Below, piece by piece: positions 59,781 through 64,000 of a stretch of DNA of 64,000 bases. Origin of the DNA: Takakia lepidozioides (taxonomy: Eukaryota; Plantae; Bryophyta). Every line of letters starts with the position of its first letter. Within the stretch, counting starts at the first letter, position 1. The stretch lies in NCBI GenBank assembly GCA_030704615.1, contig CM060732.1:1240001-1304000 (forward strand), read 5' to 3'. The notes beneath the pieces were generated by a model. It searched no databases. It saw only the letters and a list, made by a program, of their open reading frames with translations, and had not been told where the DNA came from. A program made the translations under genes and the position numbers.

Positions 59781-62054
59781 AGTGTAGCCTTAGACTCTAG
59801 GGCTGTGGGCATTAGGTCCGTGGGCCACAAGATTAGATGACATTTGTAACATTTGGTGACATTTTAGGTGACATTTTAAAGTTTTAGGTTGGCAATTTTA
59901 CCTTTGTTATATGAGAAATTCACCATTGTTCCCTCCTTTTCTACATTGGTTATGGTCTGATTGAGATGGTGACAGACAACTAGTTGAGCAATTTACAAAA
60001 AATTAGTTGAACAAAAAATATTACCCTTATTATGTGATGAGAATTGTTCAGTGATTCGAACCGAGGACCTTATGTTTGGCGATGTGTTGAAGAGTGCCAT
60101 GATAACCAAGAATGCTATGATGATCCATTGGAAATACAGGAACTTTCTTTATACTTATACTCAAGTTTAGATGAGATTGAATGGATGGATGTTTGGGTGT
60201 TGGTTTGGTGCACAAATTGATATGGGGTCTGCTTCTCTATCCATGCCTCCATTTTGTATGAGTCTGGTTTGTAAATGTGAAGGTTAGTTGGCAGGTGAGT
60301 TGCTTTTCACACTTACTCACACTAAATACTTAGAGAGGGAGAGTGCGTGCGTAAAACCAGTATCTGCATCCGCCACCGCAGCGACGACCGCCCGCCCCTG
60401 AGCAGCAAGTCCAGACAAGATGAAGCTTTCGAGCTGGATGACATGAAGGACTCAACAAACGAGGACTTGGAGAATATGGTCTGGGTATGTTTATATGTAC
60501 TGGACAAAGAGGCATTGTACAAGGAGAAGAAGCGGCAATGGCTGCAGCTTCAGGTTCAGACGAGTTAGGCTCAACCCCAAGCACGGCTGGTATTGTGTTC
60601 CCATTTCAAAGAAGCTGAACCAGGTAACAGCAAAACATTCCAGTGTTCAGTGCACAACGGTGATGCTCAGGAGAGCGGTGCTTCGTAGGAGAGCGGGTTA
60701 GGGATACGTGCTTATCGATCTTTTGCCTCTCAAAGTTTAGGCTTCTTTTCTTCTAATTGGTGCTTAAGCGTGGGCACTAGCAGTTATTTCTGGCGCACAC
60801 TGTCGATGTTATAGTGCGGTGCAACTCTCACTTGTAGCCCTGATTTGGGCAAGGGCTGGAGGCAGCAACCTGCACCTTATAAGGAGATGAAGCCTTTCTT
60901 TGCAAGCCCAGAACTGTAAGCAAGCCTAACTGTAAACTGCAAGCCCAGAAACTGGGTGAGGTTTACCTTGACACCCTCAACTCCAACCACATACTTGTTT
61001 CGGACAAACCCTAGTTGTGAATTCGTTCAAGGTGCCTGATATTACTGGAAGGTGTCATATCAGGTTCATCAAGAGTAGTCATTCTGCTGAGAAGTGAAAG
61101 CAACCAGTCTTCTTTGTAGTGTAAGGTTGGATGGCAAAGTATATTACAGGACATGATGGAGGAAAGGAGGGATGCTGAATGAGGAAGGAGGAAGAACTTG
61201 TTGTATATGGGTGGACAAGACTGTGAAGGAACGGGTGATGAGTGAACTTACAGTTTTTACTTTGTGTGACTTGATTCGAGGTACACCATTGTTCCCATGC
61301 TTTCCTACATTGGTTGTGGTATGATGGAGAGACAACTAGTTGAGCTATTTCTTTGTTTTGTATTGTCTTGGAGCCTAGTTGCACTAGGCCTTCTGGTTAC
61401 AATCCACCAAAGTATGATGGTGATACAACCAAACGCATGCACTTCTGGAGGCTTGGCTTGGTGGATCCACAGAAGCTGGAGATACTCACTCTTGGTGGTC
61501 TTGGTGCTGTCCTCATTGAGGGAGCTGCCTGCACATGGCAACATGACAACATGAGGGAGCTGCCTGCAGGCTACTGCTGAAGAAGCTCGAGCTGAGGCTA
61601 AAGCTGCCAAGAAGGCGCTTGACTGCTCTGACACAGACCAAAAGCCAGAATTTGTTGATGATTGTGTTTACATGTAAGACCTAGGCCAGGTAAGACCCAT
61701 GCATCCCTCACCTGCAGGACCTAGGCTTGGTTCCATCGCAGTTTTGTCAGCTCGCAATGAATGATGCGGGCACCTGTGAGAACATCAACACGTACACCAA
61801 TTACTACAGCCATAGCAAGGGCAGAGTTATCAACCCTCGTGGGTCTAGCAATGAGTTACTAGGAGTTACTATATCAATGGTATAGTATCTGGTAGTGTCT
61901 AGTATCAATGGTATAGAGTTACTATGTCAGCCAAAGTTACTATATCAATGGTTCAGTATCAGTAAACAAAACAAAACAAGCAAAACAAAACATAGGAAAG
62001 TACCGAATGTTGTTTACAACACATGAAGTGGTGATTACTTTTAAACTTTGAACC

Positions 62055-64000
62055 TCATACCTGGGAGTCCGCAATTGGCTCCTCCGGTGACTCCTCAATC
62101 AGCTCTTCTACAATCAGCTCTTCAGAACTTGGTACCCATCTAATGCCAACCCAAGTGCATCTTAATCTCCACAAAGCGTTGTGCGCTGCTGCGCTTGAGT
62201 TTAAGGATGCTGCACGTCGAGCCTGAATTGCCTCCTCACCTCTAAGGCTATCAATGGCAACATTCGATTGAAGGCTTTTGTTTCTGAATCTATGTTGAAT
62301 GATCCTGAACCAGTGTTCATAGGTCTGTACCAAAGGACTTTTCTTGCATTTTGTTCCAGCATGTTGAGTATGACGCTAATATGCCGCTTTTGCCGTGTGA
62401 TGCGAGTTTTCCATTCCTTGACATGACCAAACAGATAGGCTTCCATACCTTTCAACAAACCACGGGGTGTGCTTGACCAATATGTGCTGCAAATTATCAA
62501 CTTAAACAATTAGCATTGTCATCTATGTTATTTTACTACAAGCATTCCAATCAACTTGAACAATTAGCATTGTCATCTATAAGTGTTATAATTGAAATGC
62601 AAAATTTTACTATAAGCATTCCAATCAATATCAAGAGATGTTGTAGATACTCACAATATAGTGTGTAACTAGACCCTCCCCCCAACTCTTGATGAAAGCG
62701 CGTCCGAATTCCTCCACACATTTCTTATATTCAGCTTTTTGTCCACCGGCGATTGTAAGGCCAGAAAGATAGGGTCGCAATTTATCAAATGCAACCCAAC
62801 ATGCTAATCGATTTCTCCTACATGCCCCATCTTCAGTGTGGTTGTGCTCGGACTTTACCACATCAATGTACAACTTGTCGGAGCTTCCCTCTAAAGTACT
62901 CGGTTTAAAGAGTTTGGCAACATGTGGGCCACTGAACGAAGGTTTGTTGGGGATATTACTCAATTTGCCAGACAGTTGATCATCTTTCATGATCTTAACG
63001 AAACCACCGTGTGCACCAATGTTGGACAACACTTTTTCCATGTCAGCAATAGCTAACTCTTGTAATTTCTTATCACGAATGGTCCAGACGAACATGAAAT
63101 GGAGGTGGACCATTTTCTCAATGATCCTATTCATGGCGTGTAAAGTGCAAATATGCACTCTTTCAATGGGGATAGGCAACACTGGTTTCCAACGATCTTT
63201 TCCCTAACTCCCACTCACGGGTTTGGCAGTAATGTTTTGGGCAAATAAGCCTCCATTTCATGTATGGGAACGCTTACTAATAGCAGCAGAGGCGTCCTTC
63301 ATGGACCCCACTACAGACTTGACTCTCTCCTGCATGCAATAAATGCAAGAATGCAAACTATTTGCACCTCCCTTCAAACCGAACATGGCTTTTATTGTCT
63401 TCATGTCGGCTGCCATGTGCCACTCTACCTTGTAATCACCAAAACCTGGGACGTGAAGAAGTTGCCTATCTTCTTGGGCTTGAATTAGCGAAGGGAGTTT
63501 GGTTTGTTGGAACACCCAGTTCAGAACCTCTGTGTTCTCCTTTGCTTCTTGAAAACAAGCTATAGGCCAAATCTCTCTCTCACTTTGCACACTGAAAAAC
63601 TTTTCACTATCCGGAGTGATGGATGGGTCTAATGCACGGTTCATGAGGGTAATACTCACTCTTTCCAGCTTTTGGGCATGAATGACCTCTGCCTCATCAA
63701 GCTTCAAGACAAACTGTAGAGGGCTCCCCTTCAATTCTGTAAAATCAAAATCAAGCAATCAATACTAAGAATATATAAAAATAAGAATATTGTAAAGACA
63801 CTGAATTTATAGGTGCACGATATAGAAAACTTACCAACAAGTGTGATCTCGTACAATTCAACCATGGTGCGCTGCACCTGCTCCACATCCGCGAAAAAAG
63901 AGTTGTGCTCGGATAGTGTCACTCGAGTAGCCTCATTCTTTTCACCGTTCTTAACCTTTTTAGGAACTTCAAGGCTGTTGTTCAAGTGGTAGTATTCACC
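62055..64000 (-). pseudogene. Transib/Chapaev-like (RAG1-core-like) DDE transposase, 5' end outside the window
   Basis: VLKLDE; WHMAADMKTI..CIYC; CTLHAMNRI; VTHYI|H; WSCQGMENSH. Introns 63834-63737 and 62654-62487; in-frame stops near 63258 and 62378. Confidence 0.75.

Noticed and set aside
60805-60820. TGTTATAGTG as the right TIR for CACTAC at 53883
   Set aside because: It is mismatched, and the flank CGG does not reproduce the GCG target site.

Overview
Transposon-dense eukaryotic DNA from a land plant, probably a non-seed plant. Support: GT-AG introns, OSB/PDF-motif exons and a 60S acidic P-protein fragment. A 500-N scaffold gap lies at 25794-26293. No intact host gene is visible; the window is nested, mostly decayed mobile elements. 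What stands out is their cargo. (1) A Ty3/Gypsy LTR element has a DNMT3-like C5-cytosine methyltransferase between protease and RT, and a PHD finger at the integrase C-terminus. (2) A Mutator-like locus combines a GCM/DDE/SWIM transposase, two copies of an intron-containing ParB/Srx-domain gene, a spliced bacterial-type beta-class N4C/N6A amino-methyltransferase gene, and shared GGCGCC-centred palindrome arrays. This is the best candidate for an undescribed system. (3) A Transib/Chapaev (RAG1-like) transposase faces a BAH-like gene. (4) Also present: a TTAA-flanked piggyBac-like element, a hAT element with palindrome arrays, a deleted MULE with a 9-bp TSD inside a ~1-kb tandem repeat, and kinase and RING pseudogenes. 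All protein assignments are by-eye motif recognition; no database search was run.
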